A DNA stretch of 64,000 nucleotides from Nitrospirota bacterium (GCA_963818475.1 CAWFSF010000002.1:512001-576000); one strand, 5' to 3'. Shown: positions 1-11,501, counted from the first letter of the stretch. Notes: generated by a model not told the origin, from the letters alone. Translations and numbers: made by a program.

Positions 1-1735
1 GGCTTCTTCTTTTGCCGCCTGCAGCACGGCGACCGTCTCGCCCTGCTGCTGCCGGACCGATGCGAGGTCCCTGGCAAGGATATCCCGTTCGCTCTCGAGC
101 CGCTGCGTGTCCTGCTCCACCTGGCGCAGCAGCGTTTCGAGCCGGGCGTCGTCCTCACTGAGCCGGGCGCGCGCACGCGTGATCACGGCGTCCGGTATAC
201 CGAGCCGGGCCGCCATATCCAGCCCGTAGCTTCTGCCCGGCCTGCCCGGCGTCAGGCGATAGGTGGGCTGCAAGGTCGCCGGGTCGAACTCCATGGCCGC
301 ATTCACCGCGCCGCCGGTCTCTGCCCCAAAGAGCTTCAGTGCATTCTGGTGCGTCGTGACCATGGTGACGCATCCCCGTTCGATCAGGCTTTCGAGCACT
401 GCCGCGCCGAGGCCGGCTCCCTCGGCCGGATCAGTGCCCGAGCCGAGCTCGTCGAGAAGCACCAGGGAATGCTCGTCTGCCAGCCGAAGGATCTCGGCGA
501 TCTGGCTCACGTGGGACGAAAAGGTGCTCAGGTTCTGCTCCAGGCTCTGCTCATCGCCGATATCGGCAAAGAACGAGCCGAAGCAGGGAAGCTCGCTTCC
601 CTCTGCTGCGGTAACGGGCAGGCCGGCCTGCGCCATGAGGCAGAGAACGCCTACGGTCTTCAGGACCGCTGTTTTTCCGCCGGCATTGGGACCGCTCAGG
701 ATAAGGACCCGGGCATCCCTGTTGATCACAATGTCGTTCGGCTGGATCTTGTTCGCACCACCCGCGGTTTTCGCCTTCCAGAGAAGCAGCGGATGCCGCG
801 CTGAGCGGAGCCGGACGTCACCCTGTGCCGACACCGCCGGAACAGCGGCCCCGTATTCGATGCCGAAGCGTGCGCGGGCAGCGATCGCATCGATCGCCGC
901 GAGCGCGCCGGTCATGGCCTCGATCCGTTCAACCTCCTGCGCAAGCATAGCCGGTCAGTTCCCGCAGGATGCGCTCCACCTCTTCTCGTTCTTCCATGCG
1001 AAGTTCGGCAAGGCGGTTGTTCTGCTCCAGCACTTCAAGCGGTTCGACAAAAAGCGTGGACCGTGAACCCGATTGTCCATGCACCACGCCCTTGATGCTC
1101 TGCCGGAAGTTCGGCCTGAGCGGGAGCACATAGCGGTCGTCCCGCATCGTGATCACCGGCTCCTGCACGACCTTCTGAAAGGATCCGTCCTGCAGAATGC
1201 CGGACAGGCGGCCCAGGATATCGTCGCGCATCCTGCTGATCTGTTTCCGCACCCTGCGGAGCGCGGGGCTGGCCGAATCCTTGACCTCCGCCTTCTCATC
1301 AATGGCGTTTGCGATCGCGTCTTCGATCTGCGGCAGCGGCTGGATGACCGCGGCGCGGGCACGGAGCAGGGGAACGCCCTGACGCGCCAGGCCGCCCTTC
1401 TCTCCGATACGTTCGAAAAAAGCTTTGAGCCGCCTGCCGGCACCGAGCGTTTTTGCGATCTCCAGCAGCTCCAGCGGCGCGAGCGTCATACCGCTTACAC
1501 GGAGCTTGGCGACCGCTGCACCGACGTCCAGGATCCCGTCAAGCGGCAGGTTCTCTCCGCTCATGAACAACCCGGTGCATTCCTGCGTTTCCTGAAGCCG
1601 CTCCGCCACAACGGCTGCTGACAGCGCCGGCAGCAATTCGGAAACAGCGGCCCGGCCGGGCTCCGATGCGGCAAAACCTGCCACCAGGCTCCGCACCTTG
1701 TCATACTCCAGGACCTTCAGGGTATGTTCGTTCAT
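1..1735 (-). CDS. mutS2: Endonuclease MutS2; 3' end runs off the window; frame break near 930-960
   Basis: N-terminus MNEHTLKVLEYDKV and SGSRSTLFVEP; the downstream frame gives GPNAGGKT (Walker A), DIGDEQSLEQNLSTFSSH, LDELGSGTDPAEG and PGRSYG. Confidence 0.93.
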
Positions 1736-2722
1736 AAACCGTAACAACAAACGCAACCGGTCATGCTGACCGCTTGATACCGCTTGAAACCGGAACACTC
1801 GACGACTTGCAGCGGCTCGCTGGCCTCGAGCTTATCGAGCAGCAGGTTCAGGCCGAGCGTATCGCTCGATATGTGTCCTGCGATCACCACGCGAAGATGG
1901 TGTTTCTCAGCCTCTTTCCGGTGGTCTTCGGGCAGATGCATTGCAACGAGGGTCCCGACGCCGGACTGCACAAGCTTCTCGATGGTCTCTTTGGAGCCTG
2001 AGGTGCCGCCGGTCATTTTCACAAAGATCCTGCCCGTTCGCTGCTCATCGGAGCCCACCAGAATTCGGGGGCCGGCATTGTTCCTGCCGGCTTCCTGGTA
2101 TTCCGGGATATCCTTCAAAAGTTTCAGTACGTCCTTTAACCGCTGCGGCGACGTGCGGTCGAAGAGCTGCTGCAGATAACTCGACACCAGATTGTCGGCC
2201 GGTGTATGGATGCAGCAATAGGGAATATCGAGCAACCGCGCCGCATCAACAGGCCGGGTGTGGTTCACCGGCAACAGGCTCCGCTCGACTTCCTTCATCC
2301 TGCTGTTCAACTGGTCCTCGGCAACGTTGATCGGCACGCCGAAACGGTTCAGGATATCGGCCTGCATCTTCATTACTTCGTAGAAATTGGCATAGGCGCG
2401 GCCTTCAGGGTGATGGGCGAGAACAAGGTCGATACCGGCGCCCTTCTCATTCAGCCGGTCGGCAAGGAGCAGTTCCGGTGATTCGATGTCGATCCCGACC
2501 AGGAGGTTCCGCACCTGTTGGTCCGGTCTGCCGTGCAGGACCCTGCTGTCGGCATAGGGATTGGTAAGCTGCTCAGGATCAAAGGAGGCCTGCTCGTCGG
2601 GTTTAAGCTCGTCAAATGAGACCCGCTTTTCATGCAGCTCCTGCTCAACAGCTGCCCTGCCCTCGGGGGTCGGCGTCTATACCATGCTGGATCGCAGAAT
2701 TGAACAGTTCCTGAAGCGTCAC
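1732..2722 (-). CDS. NIF3-like (NGG1p-interacting factor 3) metal-binding protein; frame break near 2650
   Basis: GTG start at 2722 gives MTLQELF..GIDADPRG; motifs NPYADSR, GIDIE, AHHPEG, HTPADN and AGHISSDTLGLN. Confidence 0.8.
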
Positions 2723-2743
2723 TGCCGGGACTCCTAAAAAAAA

Positions 2744-2772
2744 TCAGGGGGCCTGGTCCTTATGGCCCCCTG
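2744..2772 (-). terminator. Intrinsic terminator after yqeY
   Basis: CAGGGGGCC/GGCCCCCTG stem with a T-run on the minus strand. Confidence 0.65.
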
Positions 2773-2816
2773 TTCAGCCTTATCGTAGAATGCAGCTCGC
2801 TCCGGCAAACAGGCCT

Positions 2817-3260
2817 TTAACCCAGTGCACTTTTTACCAGCTCGCTCACCAGTTTACCGTCAGCACGGCCGCCCACCATGGGGATCAGGGCTTTCATGAC
2901 CTTGCCCATATCCCTGCTGCCCTGGGCCCCGGACTGGGTGATGGCCTCACGGACCAGACGCTCCAGCTCTTCGCGCGACAACTGCTGCGGAAGATACACC
3001 TCAAGGAACGCGATCTCCGCGGTCTCCTTGTCAACGAGGTCCTGTCGCCCGCCCTTGGCGAATTGCTCGACAGAGTCTCTCCGCTGTTTGATCAGCGAAC
3101 GTACGGCTTCAAGCACTTCGTCCTCGGTCAGCGGTCCCCGCTTGTCGATCTGCCTGTTCTTAAGGGCAGCGCTCAACATGCGGAGCGTTGAAACCTTTTC
3201 CTTTGCTCCTGCTTTGAGGGCACCCTTTGTGTCTGCGTCGATCTGCTCCCGTAAACCCAT
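2817..3260 (-). CDS. yqeY: GatB/YqeY domain protein
   Basis: KQRRDSVEQFAKGGRQDLVDKE, YLPQQLS, DMGKVM and GRADGKLVS; lies downstream of rpsU. Confidence 0.92.
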   Translation of the reverse strand: MGLREQIDADTKGALKAGAKEKVSTLRMLSAALKNRQIDKRGPLTEDEVLEAVRSLIKQRRDSVEQFAKGGRQDLVDKETAEIAFLEVYLPQQLSREELERLVREAITQSGAQGSRDMGKVMKALIPMVGGRADGKLVSELVKSALG

Positions 3261-3315
3261 CCGGTCCCCTCCTGGCACTTCTTCTTTGCATGAACAACAA
3301 GAGTAGTTGTCCGCG

Positions 3316-3516
3316 TTAACTTTGTCTGAACACACGTGCTGTCTTCGCTGCCTTCTTGCGTGCAGCTATCGCTTTTTTCTTCTTTTTTACGCTGGGCTTC
3401 TCGTAATGCTCTCTTTTCTTGACCTCGGAAAGAACACCCTCTTTTTCAATGCTCTTCTTGAACCTTCTCAGAGCGACTTCAAAAGGCTCATTGTCACGTA
3501 ATCGTATGCTCGGCAC
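3316..3516 (-). CDS. rpsU: 30S ribosomal protein S21
   Basis: [22 protein letters not shown] signature. Confidence 0.97.
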   Translation of the reverse strand: MPSIRLRDNEPFEVALRRFKKSIEKEGVLSEVKKREHYEKPSVKKKKKAIAARKKAAKTARVFRQS

Positions 3517-3653
3517 CCTTGCTACACCCCCCTCCTAACACATCTTATTGATTTAACTATAATTATGAATGTCCACCAGTGCGGATAGACCAGCATGAAA
3601 ATTTCCTAAAACAGCTAAACCGCTCATCAAGGCGAAGAGCGGCATAATCATTA

Positions 3654-3682
3654 AAATTAACAAGTCCATCGATGAATGTCAA
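3654..3682 (-). promoter_or_regulatory. Sigma-70 promoter for rpsU
   Basis: TTGACA-N17-TAATTT on the minus strand. Confidence 0.6.
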
Positions 3683-3752
3683 GAGAAATTTTCTTTAATT
3701 TCGACAGGTTGTCGGCTGCTTTCCCCCGTGGATCGGATGCGGTAAAAATGCG

Positions 3753-4958
3753 TCAACTCCGATACGCGGCGTTGATCTTAATATACTCGTTTGACAGGTC
3801 GCAGGTCCATATCGTTGATTCGGCCTTGCCCTTATGCAGATCAATGGTTATCTGCACCTCCCGCTGTTTCAGCGCCAGTGCAGCCTCGCGGTCGGCGGCC
3901 TTGCCCTGCCCCAGCCCCTTCTCTACGAGTTTGGCCTTCCCGATCGAGATGTCGGTGCGGCTTTCGTCCATGTCCACGCCGGAGTAGCCGAGCGCAGCCA
4001 TGATCCTGCCCCAGTTCGCATCTTCCCCGAAGAGGGCGGTCTTGACGAGGCTCGATTTTGCCACGGTAACGGCAGCGCGCTTTGCCTCTGCCGGGTTCTT
4101 CGCTCCCCGCACCACGATCTCTACGAACTTGGTCGCGCCTTCACCGTCGCGGACCACCTGTCGCGCAAGCGATCTGGTCACGGCATCGAGGCAGGCCTGG
4201 AATTTATTCTGTTCCTTGGTGCCGGCAGCAATTCTCTTGTTCTCGGCCGCGCCATTTGCCATGCAGAGGATCATGTCGTTGGTGCTCGTGTCGCCATCGA
4301 CGGTAATGCTGTTGAATGACGTTTCCACTGATGAAAGCAGGCACTTTTTGAGCAGGGGCGAGGCAATGTTCGCGTCCGTCATGATGAAACAGAGCATCGT
4401 TGCCATATCCGGGTGGATCATGCCCGAGCCTTTGGCAATACCGGCAACCGTGATGGTCTTGCCGCCGATCTCCTCCTGCACGATCGAGAGCTTCGGATAG
4501 AGGTCGGTGGTCATGATCGCTTCGGCGGTCTGCTCCCAGCCCGCAGGCGAGAGCAGCCCGGCGGCGGTCACGATGCCGGACTCAAGCTTCGGCATGGGCA
4601 GAAACTCGCCGATCACGCCGGTCGACGCAACGTAAACTGATTCGGGCCTGACGCCGAGTTCCCGTGCAGCGATGTCCGCCGTGGTGCGCGCATCGGCCAG
4701 GCCTCGTTTTCCGGTGCAGGCATTGGCACAACCGCTGTTGGCCACAATGACCTGGCCCTTGCCCGACTTTACCTTTGCGGCATCGAGCAGCACACAGGCA
4801 GCTTTGACGCGGTTCTTCGTGAACACCCCGGCCACGGCAGCCTCACGGTCTGAATAGATGAGCGCCAGGTCCTTTTTGTCGGTCTTCTTGATGCCGCAGT
4901 GGATGCCCCAGGCCTTAAAGCCGGGTACGGAAAAGCTTTTTGTATCCAGAGTCCTCAT
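3753..4958 (-). CDS. argJ: Ornithine acetyltransferase/N-acetylglutamate synthase ArgJ
   Basis: AKGSGMIHPDMATML, DGDTSTND, RDGEGATK and DANWGRI motifs. Confidence 0.97.
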   Translation of the reverse strand: MRTLDTKSFSVPGFKAWGIHCGIKKTDKKDLALIYSDREAAVAGVFTKNRVKAACVLLDAAKVKSGKGQVIVANSGCANACTGKRGLADARTTADIAARELGVRPESVYVASTGVIGEFLPMPKLESGIVTAAGLLSPAGWEQTAEAIMTTDLYPKLSIVQEEIGGKTITVAGIAKGSGMIHPDMATMLCFIMTDANIASPLLKKCLLSSVETSFNSITVDGDTSTNDMILCMANGAAENKRIAAGTKEQNKFQACLDAVTRSLARQVVRDGEGATKFVEIVVRGAKNPAEAKRAAVTVAKSSLVKTALFGEDANWGRIMAALGYSGVDMDESRTDISIGKAKLVEKGLGQGKAADREAALALKQREVQITIDLHKGKAESTIWTCDLSNEYIKINAAYRS

Positions 4959-5000
4959 CGTTCTACCCCTGTCAGAAGAATAAGCGGATCTGTCCTGTAC

Positions 5001-6053
5001 TTACGGAAAGAGTCCGGCGTTGGCGAGGCCTGTTGTTTCTTCGAACGCCATCATCAGGTTCATGTTCTGTACCGCCTGGCCCGCAGCCCCCTTGACGAGG
5101 TTGTCGATGGCCGAGACCACTACCGCGCGTCCGGTGCGGGGGTCGGCAGTGACGCCGATATCGCAGAAGTTCGATCCGCGCACGTTCCGCACATTGGGCT
5201 GCTGCCCCAGCGGCAGCACGCGGACAAAGGGTTCCTGCTGATAGAATTCCCGGTAGCGCTCATGGAGCATCGCCGTGTCCGTGTTGTCCTTCAGCCGGGC
5301 ATAGATGGTCGTCAGGATCCCGCGGTTCATCGGAATAAGGTGCGGCGTGAACGACACCGTCACCGGCTGACCCGCAAGCGCGCTCAGCTCCTGCTCGATC
5401 TCCGGCGTATGACGATGCGTGCCGATCTTATATGCCATCAGCCCCTCGTTCGCCTCCGGATAATGATAGGCAAGCGCAGGACTTCGTCCTGCCCCGGTGA
5501 CGCCGGATTTTGAATCGATGATGATGCTCGTGAGGTCCGCCATGCCCTGCTTGATGAGCGGCGCAAGCCCCAGGATCGCGCTCGTGGGATAGCATCCGGG
5601 GTTGGCGATGAGCGAGGCTTTTTTGATCTGTTCCCGCCGCAGCTCCGGCAATCCATAGACCGCCTGCTTCAGCAGCTCGGGGTACTGGTGGCCGTGCTCA
5701 TACCACTGCTCATAGACCGCCGGATCTGCAAGCCGGTAATCCGCAGAAAGGTCAACGACCTTCGTGCCGAGCACCCGGAATTTGTTCGCCGCATCCTGGG
5801 CCGTCACGTGCGGGAGAGCGAGGAAGACCAGCTCGGCCTTCTTCGCCAGAACGGCAGGGTCCAGGGGCTCGCAAACAAGCTTGGTCAAGCCGGCCAGGTG
5901 GGGGAAAATAACAGTGATCGGCTGGCCTGCGGACCGTTCGGACGTAATGGCGGTCACCGTTACGTTCGGATGGCTGAGGAGGATCCGCATGAGCTCCCCA
6001 CCCGTGTATCCGCTCGAACCGACGATAGCCACGCTTAATTTTTCTTTACCCAT
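5001..6053 (-). CDS. argC: N-acetyl-gamma-glutamyl-phosphate reductase
   Basis: GSSGYTGGEL, DLSADYRL, ANPGCYPT, HRHTPEI and DNLVKGAAGQAVQN motifs. Confidence 0.97.
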   Translation of the reverse strand: MGKEKLSVAIVGSSGYTGGELMRILLSHPNVTVTAITSERSAGQPITVIFPHLAGLTKLVCEPLDPAVLAKKAELVFLALPHVTAQDAANKFRVLGTKVVDLSADYRLADPAVYEQWYEHGHQYPELLKQAVYGLPELRREQIKKASLIANPGCYPTSAILGLAPLIKQGMADLTSIIIDSKSGVTGAGRSPALAYHYPEANEGLMAYKIGTHRHTPEIEQELSALAGQPVTVSFTPHLIPMNRGILTTIYARLKDNTDTAMLHERYREFYQQEPFVRVLPLGQQPNVRNVRGSNFCDIGVTADPRTGRAVVVSAIDNLVKGAAGQAVQNMNLMMAFEETTGLANAGLFP

Positions 6054-6099
6054 GAGCAGCACCTGACTTGAGGCCCCGCGTTTCCGCCGGGCAAAATAA

Positions 6100-6125
6100 A
6101 AGGGAAGGCATCTCTACCTTCCCTT
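6100..6125 (-). terminator. Hairpin/terminator between rpsI and argC
   Basis: AAGGGAAGG/CCTTCCCTT stem followed by TTATTTT on the minus strand. Confidence 0.5.
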
Positions 6126-6173
6126 GCATCGAAACAGGATATGCAACATATACAGCAGTAGGTATAGGATCCC

Positions 6174-6575
6174 TTATCTCTTCGAGAACTGGAACCGTGC
6201 CCGTGCGCCCTTTTGACCGTACTTTTTGCGCTCTTTCGATCTCGGGTCGCGGGTCAGGAGGCCTTCCTTGCGCAGCTTGCCCCTCGACTCTTCGTCGATC
6301 GTGAGCAGCGCCTTGGAGATGCCGTGCCTGATGGCGCCGGCCTGTCCGGAATTGCCGCCGCCGAGCACGCTGACGAGCACATCGTACTTGTCGATCGTGC
6401 CGGTCACTTCAAAGGGCTGGCGAATAATCATCTTGAGCACGTCCCGGCCGAAATACTGGTCAATGGACTTCTCATTGATGGTTATCTTGCCGTTGCCGGG
6501 CATCATCCACACCCGGGCGATTGAATTTTTCCGTTTTCCTGTCGCGTAAAATCTCGATACTGTCGCAGCTGACAT
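6174..6575 (-). CDS. rpsI: 30S ribosomal protein S9
   Basis: [15 protein letters not shown]; C-terminus [20 protein letters not shown]. Confidence 0.98.
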   Translation of the reverse strand: MSAATVSRFYATGKRKNSIARVWMMPGNGKITINEKSIDQYFGRDVLKMIIRQPFEVTGTIDKYDVLVSVLGGGNSGQAGAIRHGISKALLTIDEESRGKLRKEGLLTRDPRSKERKKYGQKGARARFQFSKR

Positions 6576-6605
6576 CAAACTTCCTCCTCAATGATACCGC
6601 GTACT

Positions 6606-7040
6606 CTATGCCTCAATCTTCATCGCTGCCGGCTGCTGCGCATCGTGCGGATGGGTTTCACCGGCATACACTTTCAGCTTGGTCATCATCTGCTTGCCCA
6701 ACTGCGTCTTCGGCAGCATGCCCTCAACGGCCTTGGTGATCACATCCTCGGGCTTCGTCTTCAGAAGCGTCCCGGCATTGATTGACTTCAGGCCGCCCGG
6801 ATATCCCGAATGATGGTAATACATCTTCTGGTCAAGCTTCCTGCCCGTCAGATGCACCTTGTCCGCGTTCACGACGATCACAAAATCGCCGGTGTCAACA
6901 TGCTTGGTATAGATCGGCTTGGTCTTGCCTTTCAATACCGAAGCAATTACCGTCGCCAGCCTGCCGAGGGTCTTGCCCTTGGCATCGACGACAAACCATT
7001 TTCTGACGATATCTTCTTTTTTTGCCGAGTACGTACCCAT
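6606..7040 (-). CDS. rplM: 50S ribosomal protein L13
   Basis: [26 protein letters not shown] and HSGYPGGLK motifs. Confidence 0.98.
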   Translation of the reverse strand: MGTYSAKKEDIVRKWFVVDAKGKTLGRLATVIASVLKGKTKPIYTKHVDTGDFVIVVNADKVHLTGRKLDQKMYYHHSGYPGGLKSINAGTLLKTKPEDVITKAVEGMLPKTQLGKQMMTKLKVYAGETHPHDAQQPAAMKIEA

Positions 7041-7085
7041 AATTCCCGCCTTGCTTGTTAAGGTGTAGTTTTTTTAAGAATTGCG

Positions 7086-7114
7086 AATATAAACAAATTC
7101 ACCAGGTTTGTCAA
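7086..7114 (-). promoter_or_regulatory. Sigma-70 promoter of rplM-rpsI
   Basis: TTGACA-N17-TATATT. Confidence 0.75.
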
Positions 7115-7254
7115 GCATTTTATATAGCCACTGCCCACAGAGGCATAATTAGCCAAGTGCAGCCTGCTCGACATTTTTCCAAAAACCCTTATAAATTATA
7201 ACGTTACACACCTTCCGAGCAGTTGGACATGCCATGAAGGGTATTAAAAAAACA

Positions 7255-7284
7255 ACAAGGCAGCGAGATTCCTCGCTGCCTTGT
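7255..7284 (-). terminator. Intrinsic terminator
   Basis: 13-bp stem ACAAGGCAGCGAG/CTCGCTGCCTTGT, then a T-run on the minus strand. Confidence 0.8.
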
Positions 7285-7325
7285 AGCGCCTTGTAATCTG
7301 TATCAGGGTATCGGGCCCTCTGCTA

Positions 7326-7643
7326 CTACACCGTTTCAGACGCTTCTTTTTTCTCCCTCATCGCTGCAGGGGCTGCGACAATAGAGCCCATCAGCGTGCC
7401 AAGCAGACCGCCGACCACAATGCTCACCGTGGCTGCGCAGGCGATGCCGACCCCGATCCCCATCACAATGGCCGCGCGCACAAAGAGCGTGGGCTCAACG
7501 GTACCACCCATAACCTTCTGGAGCAGGATGAGTGTCCCAAAGCTGCCGAAATAGAACCCGGGAACGATCCCGGCCACGAGGAATACCAGCCCTCCCACTG
7601 TTGCACCTATTTTCATTCCTGTTTTTACTGTCTCGTTCTTCAT
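7326..7643 (-). CDS. Small Gly-rich membrane protein, paralog of 7694-8017
   Basis: AAAGGAG RBS before MKNETVK; hydrophobic Gly-rich segments sharing the GA..G..F...G..PG pattern with its neighbour. Confidence 0.75.
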   Translation of the reverse strand: MKNETVKTGMKIGATVGGLVFLVAGIVPGFYFGSFGTLILLQKVMGGTVEPTLFVRAAIVMGIGVGIACAATVSIVVGGLLGTLMGSIVAAPAAMREKKEASETV

Positions 7644-7693
7644 GATCCGATCTCCTTTCATCCGCAGCTGTCGTGTTTTATTATGACGTATTT

Positions 7694-8017
7694 TTATTTG
7701 TGAGCGGTCTTGCCTGATGCAGCTGCCTCTTTGGCGTGCATTCCTGATTCAAGCACCTTGCCTGCGATCCAGCCGACCGTCGATGTGGCCGTCACGATCA
7801 CGATACCGGCGACCAGAACCCCGATAAGCATGGAGGCCAGAACGATTATCCGGGACAGGAGGCCTGGCTCAAGAGGAAGACCGAAAAGCCATCCTGCGAT
7901 ATTGATCCCCATGGCACCACCCAACAGGCTGCCAGGCAGGAGTCCGAACAATGCGAACAGTACCATTCCTGCACCCGCCCCAAGGTATGCTGTTTTTCTT
8001 GCTATTGTGGTTTTCAT
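7694..8017 (-). CDS. Small Gly-rich membrane protein
   Basis: AGGAGG RBS before MKTTIARK; several hydrophobic segments. Confidence 0.75.
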   Translation of the reverse strand: MKTTIARKTAYLGAGAGMVLFALFGLLPGSLLGGAMGINIAGWLFGLPLEPGLLSRIIVLASMLIGVLVAGIVIVTATSTVGWIAGKVLESGMHAKEAAASGKTAHK

Positions 8018-8057
8018 AATGATTTTCCTCCTTTTCATTCGGCTTTGATTAGTATTT

Positions 8058-8073
8058 TGCATCAACTGTGCCA
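8058..8073 (-). promoter_or_regulatory. Sigma-54 (-24/-12) promoter
   Basis: TGGCACAGTTGATGCA (GG-N10-GC); near-consensus IHF site AATCAA-N4-TTT at 8080-8092. Confidence 0.75.
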
Positions 8074-8284
8074 ACCACGAAACATATTGATTTAATTACG
8101 ATTCATCTCCATCTACCATTTGCAGATATGAGAAAAGGACAGGAGCGTTATTACTATTGCGAATAAAATTATCCGTCCTTTTTGCCGCCTATCAAGCTTT
8201 GTGTAACTGACCAGCAGATTTTTCTTGTATTGCTCACGAACCTGTGCTATTTTATGGGTCGCCCTTTTAGGGCATATTCTAAAT

Positions 8285-8365
8285 CCGCACGCGCCAGGAC
8301 CTGCAGGCAGATGTCCCGGACCCAACGTCGGGTCTGCCCGGGGATGATCGGCGCGGAGGCAAAAC
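8285..8365 (+). promoter_or_regulatory. Probable rpsB leader RNA (t44-like autoregulatory structure)
   Basis: CGCGCC/GGCGCG closing stem with an internal hairpin and a GGAGGCAAAAC end, just upstream of rpsB; not checked against Rfam. Confidence 0.45.
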
Positions 8366-8377
8366 AGGAGGGACACA

Positions 8378-9166
8378 ATGTCCGCAATCACGATGAAGGA
8401 GCTGTTGGAAGCAGGAGTGCATTTCGGCCACCAGGCAAAACGGTGGAATCCCAAGATGAAGAAGTACATCTTCGGTGAGCGCAACGGGATCTATATCATC
8501 GATCTCCAGAAAACGCTCAAGTTGTTCAAAGAGGCGAATGATTTCGTTCGTACTGCCGCCTCCCAGGGAAAGGACGTCCTGTTCGTGGGGACGAAGAAGC
8601 AGGCCCAGGACGCCATCACCGAGGAGGCGAAGCGCTGCGGCATGTACTATATATCCAGCCGCTGGCTCGGCGGCATGCTGACGAACTTCGCAACCATCAA
8701 GAAGAGCATTGACCGCCTCAAGAAGATCGAAAAGATGAAAGAGGACGGCACCTACGAAAAGCTGACCAAGAAAGAGGTCGCCGGCCTTGAAAAGGAACGC
8801 ATCAAGATGGAAAAGATCCTGTCGGGCATCAAGACCATGCCGGATATTCCGTCAGTGATCTTCATCATCGACCCCCGCAAAGAGGCGATCGCCGTTCACG
8901 AGGCGAACAAGCTCGGCATTACGGTCGTGGCCGTAGTGGACACGAACTGCGATCCCGATAATATCGACTACGTCATACCGGGCAACGACGACGCCATTCG
9001 CGCCATCCGCCTGATGGCTTCAAAGATGGCTGATGCCGTGATCGAAGGCAGGCAGGCGATCGCCAAGGAAGCCGGCCAGGCCATGGAGGCCGCAAAGGCT
9101 GCGGGCGTTACCCAGGCAGAAGGAATGCCCGAGGCCGCTGTTGCCGAGCCGGACGTCGCAGAGTAG
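8378..9166 (+). CDS. rpsB: 30S ribosomal protein S2
   Basis: [27 protein letters not shown] and PGNDDAIRA motifs. Confidence 0.98.
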   Translation: MSAITMKELLEAGVHFGHQAKRWNPKMKKYIFGERNGIYIIDLQKTLKLFKEANDFVRTAASQGKDVLFVGTKKQAQDAITEEAKRCGMYYISSRWLGGMLTNFATIKKSIDRLKKIEKMKEDGTYEKLTKKEVAGLEKERIKMEKILSGIKTMPDIPSVIFIIDPRKEAIAVHEANKLGITVVAVVDTNCDPDNIDYVIPGNDDAIRAIRLMASKMADAVIEGRQAIAKEAGQAMEAAKAAGVTQAEGMPEAAVAEPDVAE

Positions 9167-9212
9167 GTGTAAGAACACAACAAAAGTACAGGTAGAAGGG
9201 AGTATTTCCAGC

Positions 9213-10092
9213 ATGGCCACAATATCTGCAAGTGCAGTCAAGGATCTGAGAGAAAAGACCGGGGTCGGCATGATGGATGCCAAGAAGGCCCTTGAAGAGG
9301 CGGGCGGCGATTTTGAGAAGGCTGTCGACCTATTGAGAAAAAAAGGGCTTTCCGCAGCAGCGAAGAAGGCTGACCGCGTGGCTTCCGAAGGCATGATCGC
9401 GTTCTGCAGTTCCGGCAAGACCGGCGTGCTCGTTGAGGTCAACAGTGAAACGGATTTCGTGTCCAAGAACCCTGAGTTCGCAGCAGTTCGCCACGACGGT
9501 CGCTGAACTCGTGTCCGCGAAGAACCCGGCAGACGTTGCTGCCCTTTCGCAGCTGATGCTCGGCAGCGAGAGCGTCGAGGCCAGGCGGCAGACCCTGGTG
9601 CAGAAGATCGGCGAGAACATCGCGATCCGCCGGTTCGAGCGGTATGAGACGGACGGCTCGATCGCGCTCTATTTGCATGGCAACCGCATCGGCGTTATGG
9701 TGGATTACGCCGGTGGCGACGAGCAGCTGGGCAAGGATATCGCGATGCATATTGCCGCCGCGAACCCTCAGCACCTTTCACGCGAGACCGTTCCCGCCGA
9801 GATCATCGCCCGGGAGCGGGCAGTCTACGAAGGCCAGGCCAAGGAATCGGGAAAACCGGCAGCGGTCATCGGGAAGATCATCGACGGCAAAATGGAAAAA
9901 TTCTATACCGATTTCTGCCTTCTGGAACAGGTTTACATCAAAGACCCTGACGGCAAGCTCAAGGTCAAGGACCTCCTGAAGAAGGCCGGCGGGAACGCCG
10001 CGGTCCGCCGGTTCGTCCGGTACCAGCTCGGCGAAGGGATCGAAAAGAAAAAAGCGAGTTTCGCTGAAGAGGTTGCCGCACAGCTGAAGTAG
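9213..10092 (+). CDS. tsf: Elongation factor Ts; frame break near 9480
   Basis: [19 protein letters not shown] and EVNSETDFV in one frame; DIAMHIAA and [14 protein letters not shown] in the next. Confidence 0.95.
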
Positions 10093-10184
10093 CCGTCGAA
10101 TTCCCTGACCGGCATTGCACTGAACGGGGCCGGCTTAAGCAGTATTGGTTGCCATTTTGACCTGGATCACCCGTGGAATTGACT

Positions 10185-10907
10185 ATGGCGCAATCTCCCT
10201 ATAAACGGATCATGCTCAAGCTCTCAGGCGAAGCCCTGATGGGCGACCAGCAGTACGGCATTGACCTTGCCGTCCTGGACAAGATCGCTTCCGAGATCAA
10301 GGACATCTACGGCCTCGGCATCGAGATCGCGGTCGTGATCGGCGGCGGCAATATCTTCAGGGGGCTGGCCGCTTCGGCAAAGGGCATGGAGCGGGCAAGT
10401 GCTGATTACATGGGCATGCTCGCCACGGTCCTGAACGCCCTGGCCCTCCAGAACGCGCTCGAGAACCGAGGGGTCGTCACCCGCGTGCAGTCCGCCATCG
10501 AGATGCGCGAACTGGCCGAGCCCTACATTCGCAGGAGGGCCGTGCGGCACCTCGAGAAAAAGCGGGTGGTCATCTTCGCGGCCGGCACGGGCAATCCCTA
10601 TTTTACGACGGACACCGCTGCCGCTCTCCGCGCCATGGAGATCGGCGCTGAAGTTATCATGAAGGCCACCAAGGTTGACGGGGTATACAGCGCTGACCCT
10701 GTTAAGGACCCCACGGCAACGAAGTACGACCGGCTCACCTATATCGAGGTGCTCCAGAAGGACCTTCGGGTCATGGATGCGACCGCCATATCCCTCTGTA
10801 TGGACAACAATCTGCCCATTATCGTGTTTGACCTGAACACCGCCGGAAATATCAACCGTATCGTCAGGGGTGAATCGGTGGGAACGCTGGTCGCAGGGAG
10901 GCAATAA
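10185..10907 (+). CDS. pyrH: UMP kinase
   Basis: [16 protein letters not shown] and [15 protein letters not shown] motifs. Confidence 0.98.
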   Translation: MAQSPYKRIMLKLSGEALMGDQQYGIDLAVLDKIASEIKDIYGLGIEIAVVIGGGNIFRGLAASAKGMERASADYMGMLATVLNALALQNALENRGVVTRVQSAIEMRELAEPYIRRRAVRHLEKKRVVIFAAGTGNPYFTTDTAAALRAMEIGAEVIMKATKVDGVYSADPVKDPTATKYDRLTYIEVLQKDLRVMDATAISLCMDNNLPIIVFDLNTAGNINRIVRGESVGTLVAGRQ

Positions 10908-11470
10908 TGCTGAGCGAGCAGAAAAAAAAGGCCGAGGAGAAGATGGGCAAGGCCGTCGATACCCTCAGAAAAGAATTTGTATCTCTCCGCACCGGCAGGG
11001 CGTCGCTCGGCATGCTCGACGGCATCATGGTGGACTACTATGGCACACCGACGCCGCTCAGCCAGGTCGCCAACCTGGCGGTTCCCGATGCACGGCAGAT
11101 CACGATCATGCCATGGGAAGCAAAGATGCTCGGCGAGATCGAGAAGGCCATTCTCAAATCAGATGTGGGGCTTACACCGGGCAACGACGGCAAGACCATC
11201 CGCCTCAGCATTCCGCCGCTGACCGAGGAGCGAAGGCACCAGATCGTGAAGCATGCCAGGAAGCTCGCTGAGGACGCGCGCGTCGCCATCAGGAACATCC
11301 GCCGGGACGTCAACGACGATATCAAGAAAAAGAGCAAAGACAAGGACGTTCACGTATCCGAGGACGAGGTCAAGAAACTGCAGGATGAGATCCAGAAAAC
11401 GACCGACAACTATATCAAGAAGATCGATGATGTGCTGACGCAGAAAGAAAAAGAGATCATGACCGTGTAG
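10907..11470 (+). CDS. frr: Ribosome recycling factor
   Basis: RTGRAS, PPLTEERR and RVAIRNIRRD motifs. Confidence 0.98.
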   Translation: MLSEQKKKAEEKMGKAVDTLRKEFVSLRTGRASLGMLDGIMVDYYGTPTPLSQVANLAVPDARQITIMPWEAKMLGEIEKAILKSDVGLTPGNDGKTIRLSIPPLTEERRHQIVKHARKLAEDARVAIRNIRRDVNDDIKKKSKDKDVHVSEDEVKKLQDEIQKTTDNYIKKIDDVLTQKEKEIMTV

Positions 11471-11501
11471 TGACGGCATTCAATAACATTTTGGATTACC
11501 G

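Noticed and set aside
9440-9510. Programmed frameshift in tsf
   Set aside because: No slippery sequence is evident, and similar breaks occur across many unrelated genes, so sequencing error is simpler.
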